DNA of 63,353 nucleotides, filler included. It is 6 parts of 6 records of this genome, joined end to end, with 100 filler letters (N's around TTAATTAATTAA, not from the genome) between each part and the next. Parts side by side here need not be neighbours in the genome. Positions count along the whole stretch, not along the records: positions 4,594 to 12,758 come from SRR20825010_3244; positions 12,859 to 32,916 come from SRR20825010_3247; 4 more parts are not named here. The stretch is one strand, 5' to 3'. The notes under the pieces were generated by a model. It did no database searches. It was not told where the DNA came from and saw only the letters and a list, made by a program, of their open reading frames with translations. Of the stretch, positions 10,200-19,985 are shown piece by piece; position 1 is the stretch's first letter, and each line of letters begins with the position of its first letter. The translations under genes were made by a program, and so were the position numbers.

Positions 10200-10219
10200 G
10201 GGAGGGAGACGGAACTGCC

Positions 10220-11206
10220 ATGGAAACACGCGCAAGCTATGTCGTCGTCGGAGTCTTCGTCTTCGCGATGTTCGCGGCCGGAATGGGGTTCGTGATCTGG
10301 CTCGGCAAGGTCGAGCTGAACCGGGATGTCTCGACTTACGTGATCGAGTTCGAGGAGCAGGTGACGGGTCTCTCGGTTGGCAGTCCGGTCCGCTACCGGG
10401 GCATTCCGGTTGGGCAGGTGACGGATATCTCTATCGATCCGGACAATGTCGAGATCATCCGGGTCCGCGTCGAACTCGACGGGAAGGTTCCGATCAAGCA
10501 GGACGTTTATGCCATCCTGGAGAGTCAGGGGTTGACCGGTGTCGGCTATATCCAGCTTGCCGGCGGCTCGAACGACGCGCCGCTTCTGGCCGCCCGCCCG
10601 GGCGACGATGTGCCGGTGCTGGAATCCCGATCATCAATTCTGCAGGAAGTGGCCCAGGCCGCGCCGGAAATCGCCTCGCAGCTTGTTGTTCTGGTGAACC
10701 GGGCCAATCAGCTGATGAATGACAAAAACCGCGCATCCATCGAGAACACGCTGAAAAACCTTGAAAGCGTTTCCGGTATCCTTGCCAACCGCAGCACGGA
10801 GATCGAGGAGATCATCGCGAATGCCCATTCAACCATGCTGGTGCTGGACCAGACGGTGAGCCAGGTCGGCGGTGATATCGCGGTGATGAGCGAGGAGATT
10901 TCCCAGACCATGGCGACGACGCGGGGCACGGTGACGGCGGTGGATGCGGAGCTCTCGGCTGTCTCGGTGGATTTGCGCAACACGTTGCAGAATATAGGCA
11001 AGGCTTCGGGAGAGGCAGCGGCATTGATTTCGGACAATCGCGAGGCCGTGAACGATTTCGCGGTCACGGGGCTTTACGAGCTGACGGAATTCCTTGTCGA
11101 AGGGCGGCAGCTGATGAACGACCTTGACCGTCTGGTGCGCCAGGTCGAGGCGGATCCGGCGCGTATTCTCTTCGGCAACAGACACAAAGGTGTGGAGACA
11201 GATTAA
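10220..11206 (+). CDS. MlaD/MCE-domain protein with long helical C-terminus
   Basis: METRASYVVVGVF transmembrane start; VTGLSVGSPVRYRGIPVGQV MCE motif. Confidence 0.92.
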   Translation: METRASYVVVGVFVFAMFAAGMGFVIWLGKVELNRDVSTYVIEFEEQVTGLSVGSPVRYRGIPVGQVTDISIDPDNVEIIRVRVELDGKVPIKQDVYAILESQGLTGVGYIQLAGGSNDAPLLAARPGDDVPVLESRSSILQEVAQAAPEIASQLVVLVNRANQLMNDKNRASIENTLKNLESVSGILANRSTEIEEIIANAHSTMLVLDQTVSQVGGDIAVMSEEISQTMATTRGTVTAVDAELSAVSVDLRNTLQNIGKASGEAAALISDNREAVNDFAVTGLYELTEFLVEGRQLMNDLDRLVRQVEADPARILFGNRHKGVETD

Positions 11207-11853
11207 TGAGTGAGCAAAACGCCCCCTGCCTGAGCCGCCGCCGGTTGCTTGCCCTCGCCGGGGCGGCATTGCCAGCCGCCGCTGTCTCCGCCTGTGGTGT
11301 GCTTCCAACGCTGCCGCCGCCCTCGCAACTCTACCGGTTGTCGCCGAAAAGCACTTTCGACAGCGATATCCCGAATGTGCCATTGCAGCTTGGGATCGAA
11401 CCGCCGCTTGCTCCGGCCGGTCTCAATTCCTCCCAGATCGCTGTCATGCGAGGCGAGTTGACGATGGATTATTTCGCCCGGGCCAAATGGATCGATACGG
11501 CGCCGTCCATGGTGTACCGGCTGCTGGTCGAGTCTTTTGAGAACTCTGAGAAAATTGTTGGGGTTGGCCGCAGCGGCGTCGGCCTGCGGAGCGATTATGA
11601 ATTACAGACGGAACTGCGTGAGTTCCAGGCGGAATATCTCTATGGCGCAACCGTCCCGAAAATCCGTGTCAGGATTAATTGCAAGCTGGTGAAAATCCCG
11701 CAGCGGATCATCGTCGCCTCGCACTCTTTCGAAACGATGCGGGAGGCGCCGGACAACAAGATGGACAACATCGTGAAGTCCTTCGATCTGGCGCTTGGCA
11801 ACGTGATGAAAAAGATCGTCGGCTGGACGCTGAAGAGTGTTGCCGAACTCTGA
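11206..11853 (+). CDS. ABC-type transport auxiliary lipoprotein (PqiC-like)
   Basis: SRRRLL twin-Arg-like signal with lipobox VSAC; YFARAKWID.AP motif; last gene of the MCE operon. Confidence 0.85.
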   Translation: MSEQNAPCLSRRRLLALAGAALPAAAVSACGVLPTLPPPSQLYRLSPKSTFDSDIPNVPLQLGIEPPLAPAGLNSSQIAVMRGELTMDYFARAKWIDTAPSMVYRLLVESFENSEKIVGVGRSGVGLRSDYELQTELREFQAEYLYGATVPKIRVRINCKLVKIPQRIIVASHSFETMREAPDNKMDNIVKSFDLALGNVMKKIVGWTLKSVAEL

Positions 11854-11934
11854 TTCGGACGGCTTGACCGGATACGGACCGCAGGAGCAGTGTTGGAATA
11901 ATCCGATCTGAAGCTCCAATCGAAAGTCTCCGGC

Positions 11935-12758
11935 ATGAACCACGTCTTTCATCGCAGTGCTGTCGCCTCCTATCCCGTCGCGGCGAGCGGCGAGGGTGTT
12001 TACATCAAGGATACGGACGGCAAGAGCTACCTCGATGCCAGTGGCGGTGCCGCCGTGTCCTGTCTTGGACATAGCGACAAGCGCGTGATCGATGCGATCA
12101 AGGCGCAGCTGGACGAAATCCCCTTCGCCCATAGCGGTTTCTTCTCGAACGAGCCGATGGAGCGTCTGGCGGATCACCTGATCGCACGCGCGCCGGGCGA
12201 TCTCGATCGGGTCTACTTTGTCTCTGGCGGCTCCGAAGCTATCGAGGCGGCGCTGAAAATGGCCCGCCAGTACTTCGTGGAGATTGGCCAGCCGGAGCGG
12301 CACAAGATTATCGCCCGCAAGCAGAGCTATCACGGCAACACGCTCGGCGCGCTGGCGGTTGGTGGCAACGAATGGCGGCGTGAGCAGTTCCGCCCATTGC
12401 TGATCGACGCGACCCACGTCTCTCCGTGCTTCGCCTATCGTGGCCGGCAGGATGACGAGAACGAGGAAACTTTCGGCGAGAGGGTCGCGGACGAGCTGGA
12501 TGCGGCCATCAGGGAGCATGGGGCGGAAACGGTCGCTGCTTTCGTTTGCGAGCCGGTTGTCGGTGCTACCCTTGGTGCGGTGCCTCCTGTCCCCGGTTAT
12601 CTGAAGCGGATACGCGAGATTTGCGATCGCCATGGTGTTTTGCTGATCTTTGACGAAGTCATGTGCGGCATGGGGCGCACGGGCTATCTCTTTGCCTGCG
12701 AGGAAGACGGTGTCGCGCCGGATCTGCTGACCATCGCCAAGGGGCTTGGTGCCGGATA
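11935..12758 (+). CDS. Class III PLP aminotransferase (3' end cut by contig edge)
   Basis: YLDASGGAAV, SGGSEA, SYHGNT and FDEVMCGMGRTG...DLLTIAKGLG. Confidence 0.92.
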
Positions 12759-12858
12759 NNNNNNNNNNNNNNNNNNNNNNNNNNNNNNNNNNNNNNNNNN
12801 NNTTAATTAATTAANNNNNNNNNNNNNNNNNNNNNNNNNNNNNNNNNNNNNNNNNNNN
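12759..12858. other. Artificial contig spacer
   Basis: N44-TTAATTAATTAA-N44. Confidence 0.99.
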
Positions 12859-12938
12859 CCGAAAGTCTTGACGACTTCCGCTACGAATGGCGAGCGATCC
12901 ACAGCAAAAGCCCTTTGGCCTCCTTCGAATCCAGCCCC

Positions 12939-13784
12939 ATGCCCGAGCCCTCCTGTCGATCTGTCGCGATCATCGGGTTGGGATTGTTGGGTGGGAGTGT
13001 GGCGTTGTCGATTCGCAGACGTTGGCCGTCCGTCCGACTGACCGCCTGCGCCCGATCGCCTGAAACGCGGGCGTTGGCTTTGGATCGCGCGATTGTGGAC
13101 GAAGTTTTCGACCGCCCCGAGGCCGCCGCGAACGGCTGTGATCTGGCCGTCATCGCAACGCCGGTGAACCGAATTGCGTCCCTGGCTCAGGAACTTGCGG
13201 GGCAATTCCCCGAGCTGACCCTGACCGACGTTGGCAGCACCAAGGGGGGGCTGGTTCGCGAATTAGCGGGGACGACAGCGGCGAAACAGTTCGTTCCGGC
13301 TCATCCGATCGCGGGCAGCGAAAAAAGCGGGGCGGAGCACGCACGGGCGGACCTTTTCGACGACAAACCCATCGTGATCACGCCCAGTGGCGAAGAAATG
13401 CCGCAGCACATCACCGCCGCGACCGAATTTTGGCGAGCCACCGGCGGACGAATTGTCACGATGCCGGCCGAACAGCACGATGCCACCTTGGCATTGACGT
13501 CTCATTTGCCACACTTGCTGTCGTCGCTCGCCGCCCGCCAAATCACTCGCGAAATGCTCGCTTTGGTTGGCACCGGCTGGCTCGACACCACTCGCGTGGC
13601 GGCGGGGGATGCGGACCTTTGGACCGCCATCGTTTCCGAGAACCGCGACGCGATCCTGAGTGCGATCGAACAATCCCGGTCGGACTTGGACACACTGCAA
13701 ACCATCGTGGACCAGGGCGACGACATTGCCCTGCGAACCTGGCTCGACACCGCCAAACAAATTCGACAATCCGCTCAAACCTGA
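12939..13784 (+). CDS. tyrA: Prephenate/arogenate dehydrogenase
   Basis: GLGLLGGS, DVGSTK, HPIAGSEKSG, HD...SHLPH and DTTRVA. Confidence 0.92.
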   Translation: MPEPSCRSVAIIGLGLLGGSVALSIRRRWPSVRLTACARSPETRALALDRAIVDEVFDRPEAAANGCDLAVIATPVNRIASLAQELAGQFPELTLTDVGSTKGGLVRELAGTTAAKQFVPAHPIAGSEKSGAEHARADLFDDKPIVITPSGEEMPQHITAATEFWRATGGRIVTMPAEQHDATLALTSHLPHLLSSLAARQITREMLALVGTGWLDTTRVAAGDADLWTAIVSENRDAILSAIEQSRSDLDTLQTIVDQGDDIALRTWLDTAKQIRQSAQT

Positions 13785-13853
13785 CCGCGACCGCCCGTGG
13801 CCAAGGTTGCCTGATCTTCTCCCGTCTCCATCCTCATTCCCCGATCTCGCACC

Positions 13854-16800
13854 ATGCCGCTTTGGCAAATCGACATTCATCCTGCTCCCGGTCAAATCGA
13901 TCGACTCGGCGAACAAACGGCTCGTGAAATTCATGAACTCGGATTGGGCGACGACCTGCTGATCGCCGCTGCACGGGGATACTTGATCCAAGCCGACATC
14001 GACGAAGCTTCCGCCAACGAAATTGCGTCGACGTTGCTGGCCGATTCCATCACGGAATCGGTCGTCGTCGGGCATCCTGGCAAAGACGCTTCGCTGGTCG
14101 AAGCCGACCTGTCCGAGGCCCCCGAATCGTTGATGGAATTGCTGGCCGAGCGTGGCATCGAATCCGAACCGCACCTGGTGCACGTGATGCCCAAACCCGG
14201 TGTGATGGATCCGGTCGCCGCCAGTACCCAAGGCGCGCTCGCCGATCGGGGTGTTGAAGGCAGCACAGTCAAAACGTTCCGCAAATTCTGGATCGCGGGC
14301 ACCGACGAAGCCCAACTGGAAACGATCTGCCGCCGTGCCCTGTCAAACGATTCCATCGAAGCCTTTGTGATCGGGCCGTTGACGATGGATCGATTGGATG
14401 TCGGCTCGGCGGGCGAATTTGAATTGGTGCACGTGCCGATTCGCGAACTCGATGACGCCGGATTGGAAAAACTTTCCAAGGAAGGCCAGCTGTATCTGAC
14501 GCTGGTCGAGATGCAAACGATCCGCGATCACTTCGTCGAACTGGGACGTGACCCAACCGACATCGAATTGGAATCGGTCGCCCAAACTTGGTCGGAACAC
14601 TGCAGCCACAAAACACTGGCTGGCCGGATTCACTACAAGGGTCCTGGTGCGGATGGCACACCCGGCGGCGACGAACGCCAGTACAACAACATGCTCAAAG
14701 AAACGATCTTTGAAGCAACCCAAACCATTCGTCGCTCCCTGGGCGATGACGATTGGTGCGTCAGCGTGTTCAAAGACAACGCGGGCATCGTGACCTTCGA
14801 CGAACAAGACCACGTGTGCTTCAAAGTCGAAACGCACAATCACCCGTCGGCGCTCGAACCCTACGGCGGTGCCAACACGGGAATCGGTGGCGTGATCCGG
14901 GACCCGATGGGCACCGGCATGGGAGCCAAACCCGTCTGCAATACCGACGTGTTCTGCTTCGCCCCACCGGACGTTTCACCTGAAGAACTGCCACCGGGCG
15001 TGCTGCACCCCCGCCGAGTCATCCAAGGCGTCGTGTCCGGCGTGCGTGACTACGGCAACCGAATGGGAATCCCCACAGTCAACGGTGCGGTCTACTTTGA
15101 CGAACGTTATCTCGGCAACCCGCTGGTTTACTGCGGCAACGTTGGCATCATTCCTGTCGGCATGGAAGACAAGGAAGTCAAACCCAACGACTTGATCGTC
15201 GCGGTTGGCGGACGCACCGGACGAGACGGGATCCATGGGGCAACGTTCAGCAGTGCGGAACTGACCAGCGAATCTGAATCGCTGTCCGGCGGTGCCGTCC
15301 AAATCGGCAACGCGATCACCGAAAAGATGGTGCTCGACGTGCTGATGCAAGCTCGCGATCGCGGGCTGTACAACGCGGTCACGGACTGCGGTGCAGGCGG
15401 CTTCAGCAGCGCGGTTGGCGAAATGGGCGAAGAGCTCGGTGCCGAAGTTTGGCTGGACAAAGCCCCATTGAAATACGATGGCCTGACTTACACCGAGATC
15501 TGGATCTCCGAAGCTCAAGAACGCATGGTCTTGGCCGTTCCCCAAGAACGTTGGGACGAACTGCGTGAACTGTGCGAAAGCGAAGGCGTCGAGGCCGCCG
15601 CGATCGGCCGCTTCGTTCCCACTGGTCGACTGCAGTTGAACTTCCATGGCCAAACGGTCGGCGACGTCGCCATGTCGTTCTTGCACGACGGACGTCCGCC
15701 CGTGATTCGCGACGCGATCTACGAACCACCCAAAGCGAAACCATTGTCAATCGGCGACCGCGATGCTGCGGCCAACTCCGAAACCCTGCTCAAGATCCTG
15801 GGCAGCTACAACGTCGCCAGCAAGCACTGGGTGATCCGCCAATACGATCACGAAGTCCAAGCGGGCAGCGTCGTCAAACCCTTGGTCGGCCCACAATGCG
15901 ATGGCCCCGGCGACGCCGCTGTCGTGCGTCCCAAACTGAACAGCCGTCGTGGGTTGGTGATCAGTTGCGGCATGAACCCGCACTACGGCGACTTCGACAC
16001 GTATCACATGGCCGCTTCGGCGATCGACGAAGCCATGCGGAACGCAGTCGCGGTCGGTGCTGATCCTTCCAAGATCGCCATCCTCGACAACTTCTGCTGG
16101 GGATACACCGATCGAGCCGAAACGCTGGGGTCGCTCGTCCGGGCCGCGATCGCTTGCCAAGACCTCGCGGTCACTTTGGGCACGCCGTTCGTCAGCGGCA
16201 AAGACAGCCTGAACAACGAGTTCAGCTACTTCGACGACAAGAACGAAAAGGAAACCATCGCGATTCCGCCCAGCCTGCTGATCAGTGCGATGGGCCAAAT
16301 CGACGATGTCAGCAAATCAATCACGATGGACGCGAAGGAAGCCGGCAACGTGATCTTCCTGGTTGGCGAAACGCATCGCGAACTCGGCGGCTCGCACTAC
16401 GGCTTGGTCGAAAACGAACCCGGCGGTGCGGTCCCTGAGGTCGACGCAAAGTTGGCGAAGAAAACGTTTGCGACCGTCCACCAAGCGATCCAGTCACGAC
16501 TGGTCCGCTCGTGCCACGACCTGTGCGAAGGCGGCCTGGCGGTCGCTGCGGTCGAAATGGCTTTGGCCGGCGGATTGGGCATGAACCTCGACCTCGCAAC
16601 CGTTTCTCGCGAGCAACCCTCCAACGATGGCGTGCTCACCGCAGCCGCATTGTCAGCCACGGAAGTTCTATTCAGCGAATCAAACACTCGATTCCTGATG
16701 GAATGTGCCCCCGAATCAGCCGAAGCTCTGTCCAAGATTTTCGCGGACTCCGGGATCAGCCTGACTCGTTTGGGCGAGGTCACCGATTCGGGCCAATTCA

Positions 16801-16883
16801 CAGTCCGCGACGGTGACGCCGTGGTGCTGGAAACCGACATCGCGACCGCAAAATCGGCCTGGCAAGCCCCTCTGGATTGGTGA
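13854..16883 (+). CDS. purL: Phosphoribosylformylglycinamidine synthase PurL with N-terminal PurS-like extension
   Basis: [32 protein letters not shown] and SGKDS. Confidence 0.96.
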   Translation: MPLWQIDIHPAPGQIDRLGEQTAREIHELGLGDDLLIAAARGYLIQADIDEASANEIASTLLADSITESVVVGHPGKDASLVEADLSEAPESLMELLAERGIESEPHLVHVMPKPGVMDPVAASTQGALADRGVEGSTVKTFRKFWIAGTDEAQLETICRRALSNDSIEAFVIGPLTMDRLDVGSAGEFELVHVPIRELDDAGLEKLSKEGQLYLTLVEMQTIRDHFVELGRDPTDIELESVAQTWSEHCSHKTLAGRIHYKGPGADGTPGGDERQYNNMLKETIFEATQTIRRSLGDDDWCVSVFKDNAGIVTFDEQDHVCFKVETHNHPSALEPYGGANTGIGGVIRDPMGTGMGAKPVCNTDVFCFAPPDVSPEELPPGVLHPRRVIQGVVSGVRDYGNRMGIPTVNGAVYFDERYLGNPLVYCGNVGIIPVGMEDKEVKPNDLIVAVGGRTGRDGIHGATFSSAELTSESESLSGGAVQIGNAITEKMVLDVLMQARDRGLYNAVTDCGAGGFSSAVGEMGEELGAEVWLDKAPLKYDGLTYTEIWISEAQERMVLAVPQERWDELRELCESEGVEAAAIGRFVPTGRLQLNFHGQTVGDVAMSFLHDGRPPVIRDAIYEPPKAKPLSIGDRDAAANSETLLKILGSYNVASKHWVIRQYDHEVQAGSVVKPLVGPQCDGPGDAAVVRPKLNSRRGLVISCGMNPHYGDFDTYHMAASAIDEAMRNAVAVGADPSKIAILDNFCWGYTDRAETLGSLVRAAIACQDLAVTLGTPFVSGKDSLNNEFSYFDDKNEKETIAIPPSLLISAMGQIDDVSKSITMDAKEAGNVIFLVGETHRELGGSHYGLVENEPGGAVPEVDAKLAKKTFATVHQAIQSRLVRSCHDLCEGGLAVAAVEMALAGGLGMNLDLATVSREQPSNDGVLTAAALSATEVLFSESNTRFLMECAPESAEALSKIFADSGISLTRLGEVTDSGQFTVRDGDAVVLETDIATAKSAWQAPLDW

Positions 16884-16933
16884 TTTAGAACCAATTTGGA
16901 AGCAAACTTCCTCAGAAGCTTGCTAAATTCGCA

Positions 16934-16973
16934 TTGAACCGCGAGCTGGTTTATTCTGTAATTGCTACAGAAT
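16934..16973 (+). promoter_or_regulatory. Candidate sigma70 promoter overlapped by a 21-bp palindromic operator (Fur/Zur-like)
   Basis: TTGAAC-N17-TGTAAT at 16934-16962; ATTCTGTA-ATTGC-TACAGAAT at 16953-16973. Confidence 0.45.
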
Positions 16974-17032
16974 GCATCAGCTTGGCGAAAAATCGCCGAC
17001 AAAAACGAACAACTTCAACCATTTGGCACCGC

Positions 17033-17506
17033 GTGGAACTCTGGGTCCGTCGAATCGCTTTGATCGCATATGTGGTCGGTGGCTGGCTTTTGCCGGCTGC
17101 CCACCATCATGTGGCGACGTGCGATTCCACCCATTCCCATGCTGGCATTCACGACGATTGCTCTCATACGCATTCGCCTGAAAATGTCGCCGGTTGTTGC
17201 TCGCACTCGAGCTCCGCGGACGCGGTCCAGCATGCACCGCTACCGCCAGGTGGCTCGGAAGAATTGCTGGTCTGGGAAACGAGCCTGCCGTCCGCAGAGA
17301 TCGTTTCGAATGACCAGCATTCTCATCAATGCGGTGACCTCTGTGCGTTGTGCAACGCTCGCACGATGGCTGATACCCCGATCGCGGCCTCCGTCCAACG
17401 CGAAATGGCTCGCTGCACGGCGAGTCACCGGATCGAATCGACGACCCTTGAAGACTCGGCAGATTGCTGGCGTCCGTACACACGCGGCCCACCTTCTTTG
17501 ACCTGA
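17033..17506 (+). CDS. DUF2946/CruR-like His/Cys-rich leader protein with C-terminal RGPP arrest motif (start uncertain: TTG 16982 or GTG 17033)
   Basis: Hydrophobic N-terminus RRIALIAYVVGGWLLPAA followed by HHH; 13 His and 9 Cys in 157 aa; CALC; ends RPYTRGPPSLT. Confidence 0.75.
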   Translation: MELWVRRIALIAYVVGGWLLPAAHHHVATCDSTHSHAGIHDDCSHTHSPENVAGCCSHSSSADAVQHAPLPPGGSEELLVWETSLPSAEIVSNDQHSHQCGDLCALCNARTMADTPIAASVQREMARCTASHRIESTTLEDSADCWRPYTRGPPSLT

Positions 17507-17600
17507 AAACTGCCGTTTTGGCTTGCGGTGAAAACCAGTTTCACTGTAACGCAAACTCACTGTCTTCCATCGAGAGCCAATGCGCTCTCATTTTCAGGTC
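17500..17600 (+). promoter_or_regulatory. Predicted mRNA three-way junction sequestering the DUF1559 ribosome-binding region
   Basis: GACCTGAAAA (17500-17509) is complementary to TTTTCAGGTC (17591-17600); internal hairpins at 17523-17549 and 17572-17589. Confidence 0.6.
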
Positions 17601-17607
17601 TCATTCC

Positions 17608-18621
17608 ATGTCACACATTTCCTGCCCAGCGGCGCGTGCCCACGCAAATCCAAGCAACCGATCGACTTCTGGAGCTTCCCTTCGCAAGGCTTTCACACTC
17701 GTTGAACTGTTGGTCGTGATCGCCATCATTGGCGTTCTTGTTGGCCTGCTGCTGCCAGCCGTCCAGGCCGCCCGCGAGGCCGCCCGCCGGATGTCGTGCC
17801 AAAACAACCTGCATCAAATGGGCATCGCCCTGCACAACTACCACGGCATCTTCAATCAGTTGCCCAGCGGTTGGTTGGCCGACGACATCGATCACCACGA
17901 ACCCGGCTGGGGCTGGGCCGCCGCGATCACGCCGCAAATTGAAAGCGGAAACATCTACGACACCATTCAATTCGGAATGGCCATTGAAGAAGACGAGAAC
18001 CAACAAGCACGTGAATCATCGATCCCAAGCTACATGTGCCCCAGCGATCCGCTAGAGACACTGTTCTTCATCGCCGAAGCTCACGGGGATGGTCATGGGC
18101 ACGAACATGACCACTCAGCAGCGTTGGATGACGACGACGACGATGATCACGACGACGAACACGAGAGCGGGCACAACGTCGACGACGGCGACGAGTTCTT
18201 GTTCAAAATCGCCAAAAGCAACTACGCCGGCGTGTTCGGAACGTTTGACATCCACGACGACATGTATCACGGCGACGGTTTGTTCTACGGCAACAGCCGC
18301 CACCGTTTCCGAGACGTGCTGGATGGACTGAGCCAGACCGTGATGGTCGGTGAACGCAACAGTCGTTTGGGTGGCTCGATTTGGCAAGGGCTGATCCCCG
18401 AAGCCAATGCCGCCGCGTCTCGCATCGTTGGTGCAGCCGATCACACTCCGAACAGTGATGCCGGCCACTTTGAAGACTTCAGCAGCTATCACGCCGCCGG
18501 TGCACAATTCGTCCTGAGTGATGGATCGGTGCGAATGCTGTCGCAGTTCATTGACTTGAAGGTCTACCACGCCTTGGTGACCCGTGCCAATTACGAAGTC
18601 ATCGAAGCCGACTCCTTCTGA
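17608..18621 (+). CDS. DUF1559 prepilin-type N-terminal cleavage / H-X9-DG protein with His/Asp-rich insert
   Basis: RKA|FTLVELLVVIAIIGVLVGLLLPAVQAAREAARRMSCQNNL; CPSD; C-terminal H-AAGAQFVLS-DG. Confidence 0.95.
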   Translation: MSHISCPAARAHANPSNRSTSGASLRKAFTLVELLVVIAIIGVLVGLLLPAVQAAREAARRMSCQNNLHQMGIALHNYHGIFNQLPSGWLADDIDHHEPGWGWAAAITPQIESGNIYDTIQFGMAIEEDENQQARESSIPSYMCPSDPLETLFFIAEAHGDGHGHEHDHSAALDDDDDDDHDDEHESGHNVDDGDEFLFKIAKSNYAGVFGTFDIHDDMYHGDGLFYGNSRHRFRDVLDGLSQTVMVGERNSRLGGSIWQGLIPEANAAASRIVGAADHTPNSDAGHFEDFSSYHAAGAQFVLSDGSVRMLSQFIDLKVYHALVTRANYEVIEADSF

Positions 18622-19797
18622 TCAGGCCGCCGACTTCCGGGCTGCTTGGGTTGGCGCTAGCCATCCTCGCATGCCATCCAGATCCGCCGACCAGGCTTCA
18701 CTGGTTCGGCGGTCACAGAATGTATGGAACAACCCGTCGATCGTGTCGCTGAGCGTTCGCACCGCTTCGATGCGATCTTCGGGACCGAAGTCGTCGTCAT
18801 CTTCATCCAAATGGATGCGAGCGCCACTGATCCCGAACGTCTCCGCTTGCAGAGTCAGGTCAAATTGCTGGCCTTCGCGAATCAACGTCATACCTGTCTT
18901 GCGAGGCAACTTGCCACTTTGGATCGCACGCATGGCCTCGGGCAATTTGACAGGGCACTCCGCGGAAATGGACTCTTTGCCTGACTCTCCGATGGGACAT
19001 TCCAGCGAAAGCGTCTTGGCCAGCATCAGCGTGACTTCGGTTCCGTCGAACGTCTCAATCGTGTCGGTTTCCGTTTCCAGCATCCACCACAGCCACAGCA
19101 AAAACTCGTTGCCAAGGAAGTCTGGTGACTGGGAATGCTCGTTCGCCCATGCGACACCGCTGAACCCTTCACCGGTGACGAAACTGGCGGGCATCACATC
19201 ATCCATTTCGGCATAGCGATCGTTTTCGCGAGCCCAATCCTGCGCGACGACACCCGCACTGATGTGCCCGCATTCGATTCCGAACACACGTTCGAGCAGA
19301 TCGACGCAGTGACCACTGCCGGTGCCTGCGGTTCCGCCGTAATAAAGCAGATCGCGACTGCAGTCCCACAACAAAGCGTGCTGTTGAAACTTGCGGTACT
19401 TGCCCGTTGCGGCTTCATTTTCACAGCGTTGCTCGACCGCTTCCTTGGCTTCTTTGCGTTGCGACTTCGTCGGTTTCCCGCCCGGATTTTCACGGCTCAA
19501 TGCCGCGAGCTCCATCGACAACCAAGCCTTCTTGATCACCGAAGGCACTTGGTTGGTGTCGACGCGAACACCAAAGTGCACAGCATCATCGATGATGTTT
19601 TTCGCCAGATCAAAATCTTGATCGAAAAGGTGATCGCCGCCCAGAAAACCCAAATGCACGTTTTCTTCGTTGGCGGTTTCCGTTCGCCCGGCCACGTTCT
19701 CTGCCATCCGCTCGATGTGTTCTTGCCCAAATGGGCCGTCTTCAAATTGATTGACGCGAAATCGTTCAAAAGAAAGGCTACCGGAGAGAAACGGCAT
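18622..19797 (-). CDS. RdgC-like (putative exonuclease/recombination-associated) protein
   Basis: MPFLSGSLSFERFRV, RVD..QVP, FLGNEFLLWLWW and EA...GKLP resemble RdgC-like proteins of planctomycetes and deltaproteobacteria. Confidence 0.6.
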   Translation of the reverse strand: MPFLSGSLSFERFRVNQFEDGPFGQEHIERMAENVAGRTETANEENVHLGFLGGDHLFDQDFDLAKNIIDDAVHFGVRVDTNQVPSVIKKAWLSMELAALSRENPGGKPTKSQRKEAKEAVEQRCENEAATGKYRKFQQHALLWDCSRDLLYYGGTAGTGSGHCVDLLERVFGIECGHISAGVVAQDWARENDRYAEMDDVMPASFVTGEGFSGVAWANEHSQSPDFLGNEFLLWLWWMLETETDTIETFDGTEVTLMLAKTLSLECPIGESGKESISAECPVKLPEAMRAIQSGKLPRKTGMTLIREGQQFDLTLQAETFGISGARIHLDEDDDDFGPEDRIEAVRTLSDTIDGLFHTFCDRRTSEAWSADLDGMRGWLAPTQAARKSAA

Positions 19798-19985
19798 GAA
19801 TGAGAATCCCAATCAATCGATGAGCGGAAGAAACCAGCCACTCCGTGTCGGCTGTGTCGTTGGCTTATCGTCCAACCTCAGCCTAGAAATTGCCGCGCTA
19901 TCGCCAGACCATCGCAACACCGCAACCTGCCCAGCCGGAATAACCGGCCGGCGACGACCACTCACGAGACCGGCTTTTCCGCCGA

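Noticed and set aside
17464-17607. ORF-track N-terminal extension of DUF1559 overlapping the leader
   Set aside because: ATG 17608 gives a normal short prepilin leader, and the upstream part is better explained as structured RNA.
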